64,000 nucleotides of DNA. Origin: Sphaerodactylus townsendi (Eukaryota). Numbering within the stretch: the first letter of the stretch is position 1; each line of letters starts with the position of its first letter. The stretch is taken from assembly GCF_021028975.2 (NCBI RefSeq), contig NC_059433.1:93806001-93870000 (forward strand), read 5' to 3'. Below are positions 46,791-59,306 of the stretch, in pieces. The notes beneath the pieces were generated by a model. That model was given only the letters and a program-made list of their open reading frames with translations, ran no database searches and was not told the origin of the DNA. Both the position numbers and the translations under genes were made by a program.

Positions 46791-49439
46791 AACCCCAAAA
46801 TAAAAACATACCAATGATCTATTGGGGATATTTGGAGTGTGTTGCATTTTTAAATGTTTAAATTGAGTTCTTGGCAGCCTACTTGGTTTTCCCCCCTTTT
46901 CTCCTCCCAACAGTCCTGTGAAGTATGTTCAGCTGAGACCAGAAATGCACTCAAAGCAAAATCTAATCAAATAACATTGTCCAAATCCTTTGTCCTGGTG
47001 AATTACTTAAAAATCATGTGATTGCAGGAAGCTATTAGTAATCTTGGCAAGTGTATCACTCTCCGGCTCTGTGGGCAAGAGATAGTACACTATTTGTCCT
47101 TTTCCCTAATTTACTCAGAGGATGGAATGACTGTGATACTGTGGAGTTCTCTTTTGTTCAAGTTGCAATACTTCTTTCTGGAACAGGGAAACAATATTTT
47201 AGATTTTTATAAATAAAAAAAACCCTCTAGGTTGTATCTTATCAGCTTTTCCACTTGATTCTTCCATTTCTCCTTTTCACTTTAGCCCTGTGTGTCTTTA
47301 GTTGACTGACTGACTGACTGATTGTTTGATTGATTGATTCAATTTGTATCCTGCTCTCCCCTGAAGGGCTCAGGACATCGTACAACAATGGTATAAACAG
47401 TAAAGTTCACATGGGATCCATGATGACATAGCTTTGTTGATGTCTTGTTCTCTGCTTTTTCTCTAGTAGGAAAACTGGAGATTGCAGTCCACTGTCAGTC
47501 TGTTAACTGGGTACTGAAGATATAGGGAGTGTGGCAGAACAGTCTTGCTGACCCACAAGAGCTGGTCCATTCAGTCCTCTGAAACATCTAGGTGCTCAGT
47601 TTCTGTCTTAAGCCTCTCCATCAGGTTTGGATTAAGTTTTGAAACATTGATTTAAATTGTGATTTTATTGTATTTATTATGGAACATGGGAAGCTATCCT
47701 GAGACCATGAGGTTCCCATATGATTAAGTAAAAGAACTCACTCCAAGGAAATTCAAAAGCACCTATTGTATTGGACTCGTGCACAGGCATGCCTCATGCA
47801 TACCTAGGCTGGTAAATGTGAATTTTTTGTAAAGGCCATACCACAGATTCACACCACAAATATTTCTCCACAGGGAGTTTTCTTCTGTTTTTCAATAATC
47901 ACTTTTTTTTCACCTTGGCATTCCAGAATATTTCCCCTGGTTTGATTGCTTTTCCAGTTAAATGCTAAACCTTATCAGGTTTATTTTTAAAAATTAATTT
48001 GCAATTTCTATCCCACATTTCCATCAGTTCTGCTTAGTGATTAATAACATATGTGAAACAATTAGAAGAAAAAAAAATCAGAATAAAACAGAGAATCCCA
48101 CAATAATTTACACTGAGAAACCCTAGTTTACCCTCCACAGAGATCCTCATCTAGTTACATTTCTAGCTGAATGCCAAAACCTGATACTGTCATAGACAAA
48201 TGCATCATGTGTCATATAAAACACTTTAAAGACTTTCAATGTGCATATGTGAAAGTGAGAAATTCAGTTAGGAGAAGGCTTCTATCAGGACATTTGAGAA
48301 TCAAGCTAGACAGTGAATTTACAATGAATATTTTTATTTCCTTGCTTTTATATGTCACCTGTCAACAGATATTCTGTCAACAGGCTTTCATTGTTGTTGT
48401 CCACCCCCATTGTTTTTCCATGGAGTGATACATATTTGTTAATGACTTCCCATATTTTAACATGTCTAATGTGTGGAAAAGCATACTATTAGTTCCACGC
48501 TGCTCCCCCTTATGTGCTCACTTGGTGAAATGGACAAGGTAGGCCAACCAGGTAAGGCAGGTTCACTGATACCAGGAAACATTTCTTAATCTGCATCCTT
48601 TTCCTGTTGCCTCAGCAGCTACATCTTAAAGGTGCTGATTGTGGGACTGGGATTTAAAAGGATGTATATAGCGATACAAGTATGTATACAGCAATAATGT
48701 TGTTTTTAAGAACAACATCATCTGTGCAATTCAGCTTTACTGTACAAGCAGAGAAAAGGGGTATTGAAATGAGTGGATTAGAAAGCTTCCCATGAGGTTG
48801 CATCTAAGTCAAGTTGTTGGGCAGGACAGAAAGATGTGAAAATGAAATTTAAAACGACAGAAGTACAACCTAGTGATAAACATGAACGGAGTTGATAAAG
48901 GTCCCTGTGTGACAATTAAAGCTTTTAACATGCATGTGCAATTTTTGGACTTACTTAAATGCATGGCAGTTGGGAGACAAGACAATAGAAGTACAGGTAG
49001 CATGTGAGCCAGTGTGTTTTTGTAGTTAGTATTTCAGACTAAGACTTGAGAGAGTTGAGTTCAGATTTACCAACAATACACAAAGCTCACTGGGTGATTT
49101 TGCACTACTGATTCTCTCTCAACCTAACCTATCCCATAGGGTCTTGTTGTGATGATGAAATGGAAGAACACTAACAGAGAACCCAGTACACTACCCTGAA
49201 CTGCTTGGAGAAAAGGCAGGGGTGACAACTTAATGGATGAGCTGAGCTGGTAAAAATAATTTTCATCTGCTGCAAATTCAAATGGTTGCATAAATGGGTC
49301 CTTACTCTGGGAATCAGTCAATTCAAGTTGCAGTTCTGAAAATCCAGAAATCAGCCTTATTAAAACATTTTTAATGTCACGGCCTTTCAGAAATATTTTA
49401 TACTCTGTTGTTTCTTGTGGGCAGGACAATCTTTCTCTC

Positions 49440-49770
49440 CATTTTGAACACAAGGCTTTCACGTGCAATCACACAATACACATAAAAACAAAAACTTGTT
49501 TTAAGGAGACATCATAATACCATCATATTGGATCACTTTTCTGGCATCCTAGCAGAGAATACATACTCTGGTGCCCACAACACCCTCGGAGCTGTTCTGC
49601 CTTATGTCATAGCCGAGGCAGCGGTGGCAAGCTCAATGCTGCTGGTCTTGAGATTTGGCTTGAACGACTTGGACGTTGAGACAAGGGGCTCATTGTTGGC
49701 CTCTGATGTCCAATTGCGTGGGGTGGTTCTAAGCAATAGACGCCTAGGACATCTTTTAAAAGGACACAGT
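49440..49770 (+). promoter_or_regulatory. PMP2 proximal promoter with paired SOX-like sites, an EGR-like site and a TTTAAA box
   Basis: AACAA-aaac-TTGTT near 49487; ACAAG-gggct-CATTGTT at 49681-49697; GCGTGGGGTG at 49716; TTTTAAAA at 49754. Confidence 0.5.
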
Positions 49771-49853
49771 TGAGATGAGAGTGACTCATAATGCTTCTGC
49801 ATCTGGCCTTGCTGCTGGTTTTTTCCTAAGAGGACACTCATCCAACCTGCAAA

Positions 49854-49926
49854 ATGTGCGACAAATTTGTGGGGTCCTGGAAACTGGTCTCCAGTGAAAA
49901 CTTTGATGATTACATGAAAGAACTGG
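49854..49926 (+). CDS. PMP2: PMP2 exon 1
   Basis: [24 protein letters not shown](G); donor gtaag. Confidence 0.92.
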
Positions 49927-52900
49927 GTAAGAAATTGTTGATTTGAAGATTGCTACTACCACTCTTCTTTTCGCTTGTAGCTTCCCAATCGCTTTGGGTT
50001 TAATTTAAGAATATTGAAATGAAGGAAGAAGTCAGAGATTCCCCGCCCAGTATTGTAATAGTGCCCTAAGCCTTTCCTTTTCTGTCAGCGTGGATAAGAA
50101 ATGAATTTTAAAAATTGTTTAATGGGAAATTTCGGCAGCTAGGATCAGCACAATGGTTACAATTTTTGTTGGGAATTATTAGTTTTCTTTCACAGCAAGT
50201 ACCGGTAGGTAGACACAATATTAGGCATATACAGTAGATGATATTTGCAGTTATTTTTGCTTTAACATATAAACAAATCTATTGTGATTATGCTAACAGC
50301 ATTCATTTTCAATGTTATTCTCACCATAGGAACTATTCCTGTTGATTCTATTTGCTTCTGATGCTAAACTTGGTCCTTGAATGCTTGGAATACAAATTTG
50401 TCTGGTAATTTTGCCAGAGAAATAGGATTTGGAAAAATTATTGGAATAGAATGAAGATTAAGAATGGCCACCAGTTACATGCTAAATGTATTTGTTTCCC
50501 TGGATGTTTCAGTTTCCTTTAGAAAATTTTAAAAGAAAATAGGCTGGATACAGGCAGTTTGTGAACGGAGTCAGTGGAAGTTATTTCTGTCAATTCAGCA
50601 TCTGCCAAAGGACCCCAAAAGTGGCTACTGAAGATATGGCACATGGCATGAGAGGGAACAGAAAGATGCAGTAATTGGCTACAATTGTCCCCAGAGTCCT
50701 GCATTTGCTCTGATGCTGAATTAACAAAAATAACTTCCACTTCACAAACTTCTTGGTTTCCACCTGTTGTCTTTTTAAAAAATTCTGAGGGAAACTGAAA
50801 TATGTAGGAAAACAAATACATTTAGCATGTAAATGGTGGCCATTCTTAATCTTCATTCTATTCCAATAATTTTTCCAAATCCTATTTCAAGCAGTTAATT
50901 TTGGTGCATTTCCTCATCTTGCCCACTCCCATTTCATCTGGCATAATCTGGAAAGCCCCCTTTCCACTCATCAGCATTTCAGTGGACATTAAGGGAAGAT
51001 GGTACCATTTCCTTCTGGTAATTTACTCTGTTTACTGAAGCCTTGGAGTTAATCTATCAACAGATCATAGTTTATGCTGCAATAAAACTATGTTAGTGTT
51101 TCAGTTGCCACTTGTATTCTATTTATTTTTTGCTTCAACGGATTAACACACATGGAATTATTTTAACTGGACACACTGTCTGAAATAGTTGAAAAAGAAC
51201 TAATTCATGTCACTTATTGACCACACTGTTAAATCTGATTTCATGTTATGTTTTAAAAGGTGTGTCCTCAAAAGTCACAGTGATCCATATAGATTCAAGC
51301 AAATATAATTCAACTAAAATAACTCTGTGTAGGGGAAAGTATGAACACTATTGCAAATGAAGTAGGTCGCAAGAGTTTCTTTTAAATCAGAGTTCAGACT
51401 AGGAATGTACACTTAACATACATTTACATGCAGACCAGTTTGTTCACAAGCAAATACATTCTTATGCTTCATTCCACGCACAAGGGGGGACATATTTATT
51501 CCCAGACAAAGGGTATTGGGGGATGTGAGTCACACATGAATGGCAATCTTAAGTTATCATTTGTATGTGTGAATGAAACATCACAGATCAATTATCACAA
51601 AATGAAATTTCTTGATAAGTATCAAATGGAATAATTTTCAATAAAATCAGTTCAGACATTCAACAGTGCATCACCAAGTTCAGAGTACTGAAGAGAAATC
51701 CACACTGCACTCCTAAACTTAGGTACACCTTTCTAAGCCCTTTGGGGACGGGGCGGTATAAAAGCTTAAAGTATAAATAAATAAATAAATAAATCCACTG
51801 AAGTCAATGGGCTTAGAAAGGTGTCACTCCGTTTAAGATGGCACTGTAAGTAAAATACATGCATGGACAAATTGGATTTCAGAACTAGAAAAAAATGCCA
51901 TTTTAAAAATGTCTCAGTTTTGTCTTCCACTGACTGTAGCGGTACATCAACTTTCTGAGACTGCATTTGCTTGTTTTTTAAACAACCAGTAGAGCTTATA
52001 GGAGCTTGCTTTTGTTATTTAAGATATAACATGAGAAGCCCTAATAATTTGCCTAATAAAAAGTAGGTCTATTCAGATCATTTGCATCCAGCTGTATCTT
52101 CTCCTACAATCTTACATACAAAGTGTTTGTTTTGCTTTTTCCTAGGGTTATCAGATATATACTTATTCCTATGAGTTTGGTAATGTGTGCAATACGATTG
52201 GAGATATTTTTTGCCCCATAGTATATAGCAATATTTGTTGAAATCCAATTTGTAGGTGTGGGGCTGGCTACCCGGAAACTTGGCAGCCTGGCCAGGCCTA
52301 AGGTCAAAATCAGCATGAAAGGTGATGTTGTAACCATCCGAACTGAAAGTGCCTTCAAAAACACAGAGATCGCTTTCAAGTTGGGTCAGGAATTTGAAGA
52401 AACCACTGCTGATAACAGGAAAACCAAGGTGAGGGCTAGTTTTTTTTAAAAAAAATTGTAGCTTGGCCAGGTATCTTGAGCAAGAAGCAATCTTTTCCTT
52501 TTAAGAGAGCCATCATATCACAGATCAGCATAGTGCAGGGCCTGCTCCCAACCCTAATAACTTGACACAGAATGCAAATAGGCCATAAACATTGTGAAAC
52601 TTGTCAGATGCTTGCAGTCATCATTTCAAAGAGATGGTAGTGAAGAAAGAGAGATTCTCTGCAAGATAAATTGCAAAAGTGCTGTGTATAGTAAGCAGTA
52701 AGAAAACTAGTGGTCCCTTGGCCATTTTCAGGTCCTATGCTGGACCAATTCAACTGACTCTCCCTGGACTATGTTGACAGGCTGTAACATCTACACATGC
52801 CTCCTGGATCCATGCTCAACCTGGCTGGTGAAAGCCAGTTGGGATGTGGTGTGGGCTTCCTTAAGGAACATTATCAACTTTGTCCCTTAGTATGGGGACT

Positions 52901-55900
52901 TTCCTTTAGGGTTTGAAAGAGGCATGGTAAGGCCACTCTTAAAGAAACCACCTCTGGATCTTATGCATCTTTCCATCTACCACTCAGTATCTTATCTCTT
53001 CTTGGGCAAGGTAATTGAGAAAGCAGTTGTGGAACAACTTCAAGCATTCCTGGATAATGCATTAGTCAAAGTCCTGTTCCAGTTCAATTTTCATGCTCGA
53101 CATGGGGGATGGAGACATTCTTGGTCATTGGCACTGATGACCTCCAAAGACACGAGGACTGAGGCGGGTCAGCACTGCAGATCTTGATCAGCTTGATAGT
53201 AGCATTTGACAGTCACATGTTGGCTAACCACCTAGTCAGTGATGAGATTAGTCAGAAAGCCTTGCAGTGACTGTGCTCATTTCTCTGAAGCTGAGGACTG
53301 AGGATAGCTATTTAATATCTGTATGAGTCCCATTGCCATGTTGATCTGGGAGAAGGAGGTTGGACTGAGTTGCCATCAATTTGATGATAACACCCAGCTC
53401 TACTTGTTGATGGGTGACTAGCCAGATGGCCCCAGATATGCTTTCCAGTAGCCTGGAGGTCGTGATGGGTTGACTGAAAGAAAACCAGTTGAAATTAAAT
53501 CCATCAAAGATGGACATCCTGTGGTTAGGGAGTGGAGGTGCTACTGGGGAAGGCCAATTACCAACTCTTGATAGGGTGCCACAGTGGCACCACCCATGAA
53601 GTGATCCATGATGCCTCTTTGGCCAAGTCACACAGGTAGCTCACCTGGCTTTTTACCATTTTTGTCTATTGGCATCTTAACTGTTCCAAACTGTTCCAAA
53701 CTGACCTAGCCACAGCAATCCATTCAACGGTCATCTCTAGATCAGAGTACTGAAACTCGTTCTGTGCCAGGCTTCCCTTGGGTCTACTCTGGAAACTCCA
53801 GCTGGTGCAAAATGCAGCAGTGGGGGTCCTCACCAGGACCCCATGGTGGGCACCTGTTCAACCAGTGCTCCACCTGTTGCATTGGCTCCAGATGGAGTAC
53901 CAGATTAGATTGAAGGTGTTGGTATTCACCTTTAAAACCCTAAATGGCTGTTGTACCTAAGGGATCGTTTCTCCCATTACATCCCCCGAAGAACACTTCG
54001 ATCTGCAAACAGCAATTTGTTGGTGATCTTGGTCCCAAAAGAGGCTCAAAGGAGCCAAACACGGGTGTTGTCCGGAGCAGGTGTTGTCCTCGGGCACCAT
54101 TTCACTCTGATATGCCTCTGGATTTCATAGAAATCTAAATTATTTAGATTTGCTTTCTCATCTAAACAGCTTTCTTGGCTGTAGATTTTAGTGTGTCAAA
54201 AACCATGTTATGACAGTTACATTTTGATTTATTCTTTGGGTCCCTGCAGACAGTCATAACCTTAGAAAAAGGCTCATTGGTTCAAGTGCAGAAGTGGAAT
54301 GGAAAAGAATCAACCATAAGAAGAAAACTGGTTGATGGGAAAATGGTGGTGGTAAGTGAACATCTTGTAGTCACATATGTGCTGTTGTCCCAACTTTGTC
54401 CCATTTGGGAAAATACATGTACCGATGGGCTGCACCTAACTATGTACAAAACAGCAAATAATGGCTCTCCCGAGCTATTTCAGGTTAGGAAAAGGCACAG
54501 GTTTTATCATGGTTTCCCATCACATCTTCTAGACTTGATCCAAATTGGGGCTATGTGTGACTGGGAATTAACTTCCCAGCACTGAACTTAAGAACATAAG
54601 AACATAAGAACAAGCCAGCTGGATCAGACCAAAGTCCATCTAGTCCAGCTCTCTGCTACTCGCAGTGGCCCACCAGGTGCCTTTGGGAGCTCACATGTAG
54701 GATGTGAACGCAATGGCCTTAGGTAGACCTAGGGTAGAAATGAGGAAAACATAACAAATAGTTAGGTTCTAACTCTTCCATTGTAATTAATGGGATTTAT
54801 GTTATTGTATCCAACACGTTTAATTGTGTTGTACACTTCAGTCATAGATATATGTGTCAGAAGAAGCAGATCTCCAGTTCTTACAAGTTAAATGATACTA
54901 ACCTTCAAATTAGATGGATTGAGATTGGCTGGTTTTAAACTTTTGTCTTTTGATGTGTCCCCTTTACTGACTTTGTGTAGATTCAGGTGGATAGCCATGT
55001 TGGTCTGAAGCAGCAGAAAAAAATGGTTGTGGTGGGTTTTCTGGGCTGTGTGGCCGTGGTCTGGTAGATCTTGTTCCTAACGTTTCACCTGCCTCTGTTA
55101 CAGCGTGTAACAGACTTCCCTCTGTAATACACTTCCCTCTGAAGATGCCAGCCACAGATGCAGATGAAACGTTAGAAACAAGATCCACCAGACCACGGCC
55201 ACACAGCCCGGAAAACCCACCACAACCAGTTGAATCCAGCCGTGAAAGCCTTTGAAAATACAGCACAAAAAAGTTTGAGTCCAGTGGCACCTTTAAGATC
55301 AACAAAGTTTTATTCTTTGTATACACTGGTGTATCTAGGGGGACAGAGGAGGCAGACAAAACAGGCACCATTTGCCTGGGTCTCATAGGGGGGATACATT
55401 TTCACCACCCGCCCTGTCCCTCTCCCTCCATGTATCCCCCCACCCCCAGCCTCCATCCCTCTGAAATGCAGCTAGCTTCCCTCCAAGTGGCACCACAACT
55501 GGCAATAAAATGGGGGCATGAACAAGGCAGGGAGGGCATGTTGTTTCCCTGGCCTTCTCCCTGCCCAGGTCCATAGCCACGGTGGGGCAAAAGGGGGCAG
55601 TTCCCCATCAATCATTTGCCATGGAGCACTAAAGGTTGGTGTGAAATCTGACAGAAGTCTTTCAAGTGTAAATTCTCTATAAAAAAGGGAACAGAAAGAT
55701 GTATTGTTGAAGGCTTTCATGGCTGGAAAACTTACACACACTGATAGATATCTACATAAAAACTCCAATCATCACCCAGGACAGAAAAGGAGCACAATAA
55801 AAACTTTGGTAGATTGTGCAAAAATAATTTGTGAACCCCACCTCCGTCAAGGTGAACTGAATTACCTAAACTGGGCTGTACAGGCTAATAGTTACTCCAC

Positions 55901-57912
55901 TACAGACATCAGAAGAGCTGCAAGACCAAGAACAAACCACAGGAAAGAAGATAAACAGCCAACAAGAGGGAAAGTATTCTTACCATACATCAAGGGAATC
56001 ACTGATCGTATAGAGAAACTGATGAAGAAACATAACCTCGAAACCATTGAAATCCACAAGCACATGGACAATTTCAACAGAATCAAGACAGTGACTAATG
56101 AACACCACCCAGACAAAGGAGGTCTCCAGGCAGTAAGCAGTCAAAGGGTTAGTGAACACCACCCAGAGCATCACCCACCACTCTAGGCAATAAGCAATCA
56201 AAGGGATCAAAAGGCCAGGCTACTGCAAGGCAGATGCCCTTGCTAATTGATTATGCTATCTTCATGATTACTCACATGCTAAATGGGTGTATCCCACCCA
56301 ACACATGCAAATCAAGCTTGCTAATTGCACCCTTTACACTTGTTAACAAGCAAATGGTTATTTCTCCCACCTTGGACATTCCACAGGTATATATGCTCCA
56401 CTTGGTTTACTACCATCAGATCCTCTGAAGATGCCAGCCACAGATACGAGGCGAAATGTCAGGAGAAAATGCTACCGTATATACCGGCGTATAAGACGAC
56501 TGGGCGTATAAGACGACCCCCCCACTTTTCCAGTTAAAATATATAGGAGTTTGGGATATACTGCGCCATATAAAGAAAGTACCCGGCATATAAAGAGCGG
56601 TAATTCCCACACACTTTACAGATGATTTCCCAGGGTTCAAAAGTAGTCTTATACGCCAGTATATACAGTACTAGAAGATGGCCGTACAGCCCGGAAACCA
56701 CACAACCCCCCAGAAACAAGTTCGAGCAAAAATCCTTGTGAATTCTGTCATAAATCTTTCCAAGTTTGAATTCTTTATGCAATGGCTAAAACAGAATGAA
56801 TAGTTAGCAAGACTAAAGAGTATTGATTTCAAAAGCCTGCAAGCAGTGAAGTAGAATCATATTGAAGGAGAGAGAGATTAAGTGATGAAAGGGTAAAAAA
56901 TCATATTGTACTAGACTCTGAACAAAGCACAGAAAAAGACAGAGGAGACAGAACAGTGTTCCACTAGAATCCTGAAGAACTCTTATTGCTAAGAAAATTA
57001 TTTTTGACAGGACAGGAGATAAATATTAAGGCACTTAGGCACAAATCTTTCGCTAATTAATGTGACCCACAGGAATCTTATTCACAGGGAAGGGTTGTGA
57101 TTTTTTAATATTGGGAGCTTCATTTGGCATCACCTTTATAACTTAATCCTGTAAGAAAATGGACAGGTTAATAACTATAACCCAACAATAATTAAGTTTC
57201 AAGCATAGAACTGCAGCAGAGACCTAGGCCTCTTCCGCACACGCAAAATAATGCGTTTTCAAGCCACTTTCACAACTGTTTGCAAGTGGATTTTGCTATT
57301 CCGCACAGCTTTAAAGAGCACTGAAAGCAGTTTGAAAGTGCATTATTCTGCATGTGCGGAATGAGCCCAAGAGTTTTTAATTTGTTCTCCACTAGGTACA
57401 AAAAAATTATAACCACAGCTTAGTTACCCCAAAACAAAATAAGAACTCTGAGCTACAGATAGGCGTTCTTAGTTTGAAAATTCTGTTTTTAGTGACAAAA
57501 CTTTCTGTTTCCTTTGCAGGAAAAATTATGGAGAAAGAATGTTTTATTTGCAGTTACAGGTGTCAAATATGTAAAGCAGTTGTATGAGAGGTGCCACTGG
57601 ACTCAAACATTTTCCTACTGACTTTGGATAGTTGCGGGGGGGGGGGGGTCCCTCTGAAGTCTGTGTATGTGGTTTTGGGTAGGATCAAAACATTAACCTT
57701 TTTTCTAAAGGCTGATCTGGGGTTTCAAATATGCAAATAGGTGTTAGATGGATACCTCCAGTTTCCCCAAATGAGTGGTCTGCTGAAAAAAGGGTCAGGG
57801 CCTAGCAATTGTTCCCCACAATCCTAGTTCAGATTCCCAAATTATTTTTTCTGTTTTTTAGGAATGCATCATGAAAGGTGTCACCTGCAGTCGCGTCTAT
57901 CAGAGAATGTGA
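49854..57912 (+). CDS. PMP2: PMP2 (myelin P2 protein, FABP8), 132 aa; join(49854..49926,52256..52428,54250..54351,57862..57912)
   Basis: Exon sizes 73/173/102/51; P2-diagnostic [43 protein letters not shown]; AATAAA at 58082. Confidence 0.92.
50419..50888. repeat. Long inverted repeat (fold-back) in PMP2 intron 1
   Basis: Outer arms 50419-50501 and 50806-50888 differ at only 2 of 83 positions; a more diverged match continues inward to about 50612/50695. Confidence 0.9.
52256..52428 (+). CDS. PMP2: PMP2 exon 2
   Basis: [58 protein letters not shown]. Confidence 0.94.
52771..54050 (+). mobile_element. L2-clade LINE ORF2 fragment (degenerate)
   Basis: [31 protein letters not shown]-like, [32 protein letters not shown]. 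Confidence 0.85.
54250..54351 (+). CDS. PMP2: PMP2 exon 3
   Basis: [34 protein letters not shown]. Confidence 0.94.
54588..54720 (-). mobile_element. CR1-type 3' end with (AAGAACAT)n tail
   Basis: taagaacataagaacataagaacaagccagctggatcagacc...; related copy near 35053. Confidence 0.65.
55024..55260. mobile_element. Penelope-like inverted pLTR fragment inserted into a Neptune-like repeat
   Basis: Inverted arms as at 7025-7248; imperfect flanking repeat cagcagaaaaaa/cagcacaaaaaa. Confidence 0.75.
56421..56464 (+). ncRNA. Minimal type I hammerhead ribozyme-like motif in the Penelope pLTR
   Basis: TCCT-CTGAAGA-T-GCC...GGC-GAAA-T-GTC-AGGA: stem I, CUGANGA, stem II, GAAA and a GUC triplet. Confidence 0.65.
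56475..56668. mobile_element. Tigger/pogo-type MITE nested in the Penelope pLTR
   Basis: TIR CCGTATATACCGGCGTATAAGAC / GTCTTATACGCCAGTATATACAG; TA TSD; the pLTR resumes at 56671. Confidence 0.85.
57227..57367. mobile_element. 141-bp PIF/Harbinger-type MITE, copy 4
   Basis: TSD CTA/CAA (one mismatch). Confidence 0.85.
57862..57912 (+). CDS. PMP2: PMP2 exon 4
   Basis: [16 protein letters not shown]. Confidence 0.93.
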   Translation, partial: ECIMKGVTCSRVYQRM

Positions 57913-59306
57913 GGAATCTTCCTGTGTCCAGTAACTTAAATTTAGCTCTTCGGATCCATGATATTTTTGTGGCAAAATAAGACCATTCATCGCCTCTTTT
58001 ACTTCCTTTTAATAAGGAGCAGCTATGCTACAAACGTACATTTCAAAACCCACTGTAGTAGTGTGAAAGTATTTGTGATTCAATAAATACTTGCAAATGT
58101 AAGCCTGAGAAATATATTATTCAGTGAAGTAACATTTTAGAACTGATCCTTCAATATCTTTCCACAATAATAATGCATTATTTTAATACTGAGGATCAAT
58201 CCATTGACAGCCATGACCCATGGTGGCTAAATGGAGGTGTGCTTGTTTAAAGGCAGTGTATCTCCATGGAACTTGGTCAGAAGCAATGTTCTTCTGAGTA
58301 CAAGTTTCTGTGGCCCAATCTACAAAGAAATCTTTGGTATCTATGCTCTGCTTTCAGGCCTTCCAGGGCCAGGGCAGAACTAAATGGGTAATGTTTCTGA
58401 TTCAGCAAAGAGGACTTATAATTTATGATCTACATTCAGCTGCAGAGAAGTTCATATTATATCTTTATTAAGCAGAGCCAACACTGTATTCCAAAAAGAA
58501 TTCTTTCAAAAAACTATCATCATCAGCAGGATGAGGGAGAAGGAGACAGAACAAGATTTCTCAACTTGCAGGTGGCAAGTGGAATTATAACTGATCTCCA
58601 GATGACATAAATCACTTGTTAATTATTGCATCTTCATTTAAAACATTTCTTCCACTTGTCTTGGAGAAAAGGCTGATTTGGAAGATGGGTTGCATGCCAT
58701 TATACCCTACAGAGGCCCTTCCCCTCCCTAAACCCCTCTCACAGGTTCCACCCTCAAATCTCCAGGTAGTTTTGAATCTGGAGTTGGCAACCATATATGC
58801 TTCAGAAGCATACACAGTCTATAGAGTTTGTTTTCAACAGTCACAGCCACCTGAGTTACTGAGGTTATTAGGAAGCCTTATTGGCTAGTTTTTTTTACCT
58901 CATATGTAAATCACCTTATGTATGAGAGTCTGTTTTACCCAGCTGTCATCAGGCCTAAGTGTCTTCATTGTTTATATTAATTTCTGAATGACCATTTTAT
59001 AATGTCCTGGTATTGGGGGTGGGGAAGGGAATAGTTTCCCTCTTACAGACTTGTTTGGCACATTTTTTATAGAAAAATAATAATGTGAAAGAGTCCCATG
59101 GGAGCTGGGAGTTTTTTCCAGAACAGGAAAAATGCAGTTGAGCTGATAGCACTAATGACAAAAACAGATGAGGTATGCAGTGTATCATATTCATGCACAG
59201 GCAGTGTTTGTTTAAACTCTAAACTTCTTGTCTTGAGTAACGTCAGGAGAAGTGAGGAGGAGGTGGTTCCAAAATCTCACTTCCTAAAAAGACTTTTTGG
59301 CTGTCC

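Larger units (their letters stand above)
55701..56712 (+). mobile_element. Penelope-like retroelement, 5'-truncated and internally deleted, with 3' pLTR
   Basis: [25 protein letters not shown]...[21 protein letters not shown] (RT C-terminal region) fused to [12 protein letters not shown] (end of GIY-YIG); short inverted pLTR piece at the 5' end. Confidence 0.88.

Noticed and set aside
36598-49926. Gene conversion between FABP4 and PMP2 exon 1 (very similar peptides)
   Set aside because: At least seven synonymous differences in 24 codons; purifying selection is sufficient to explain the similarity
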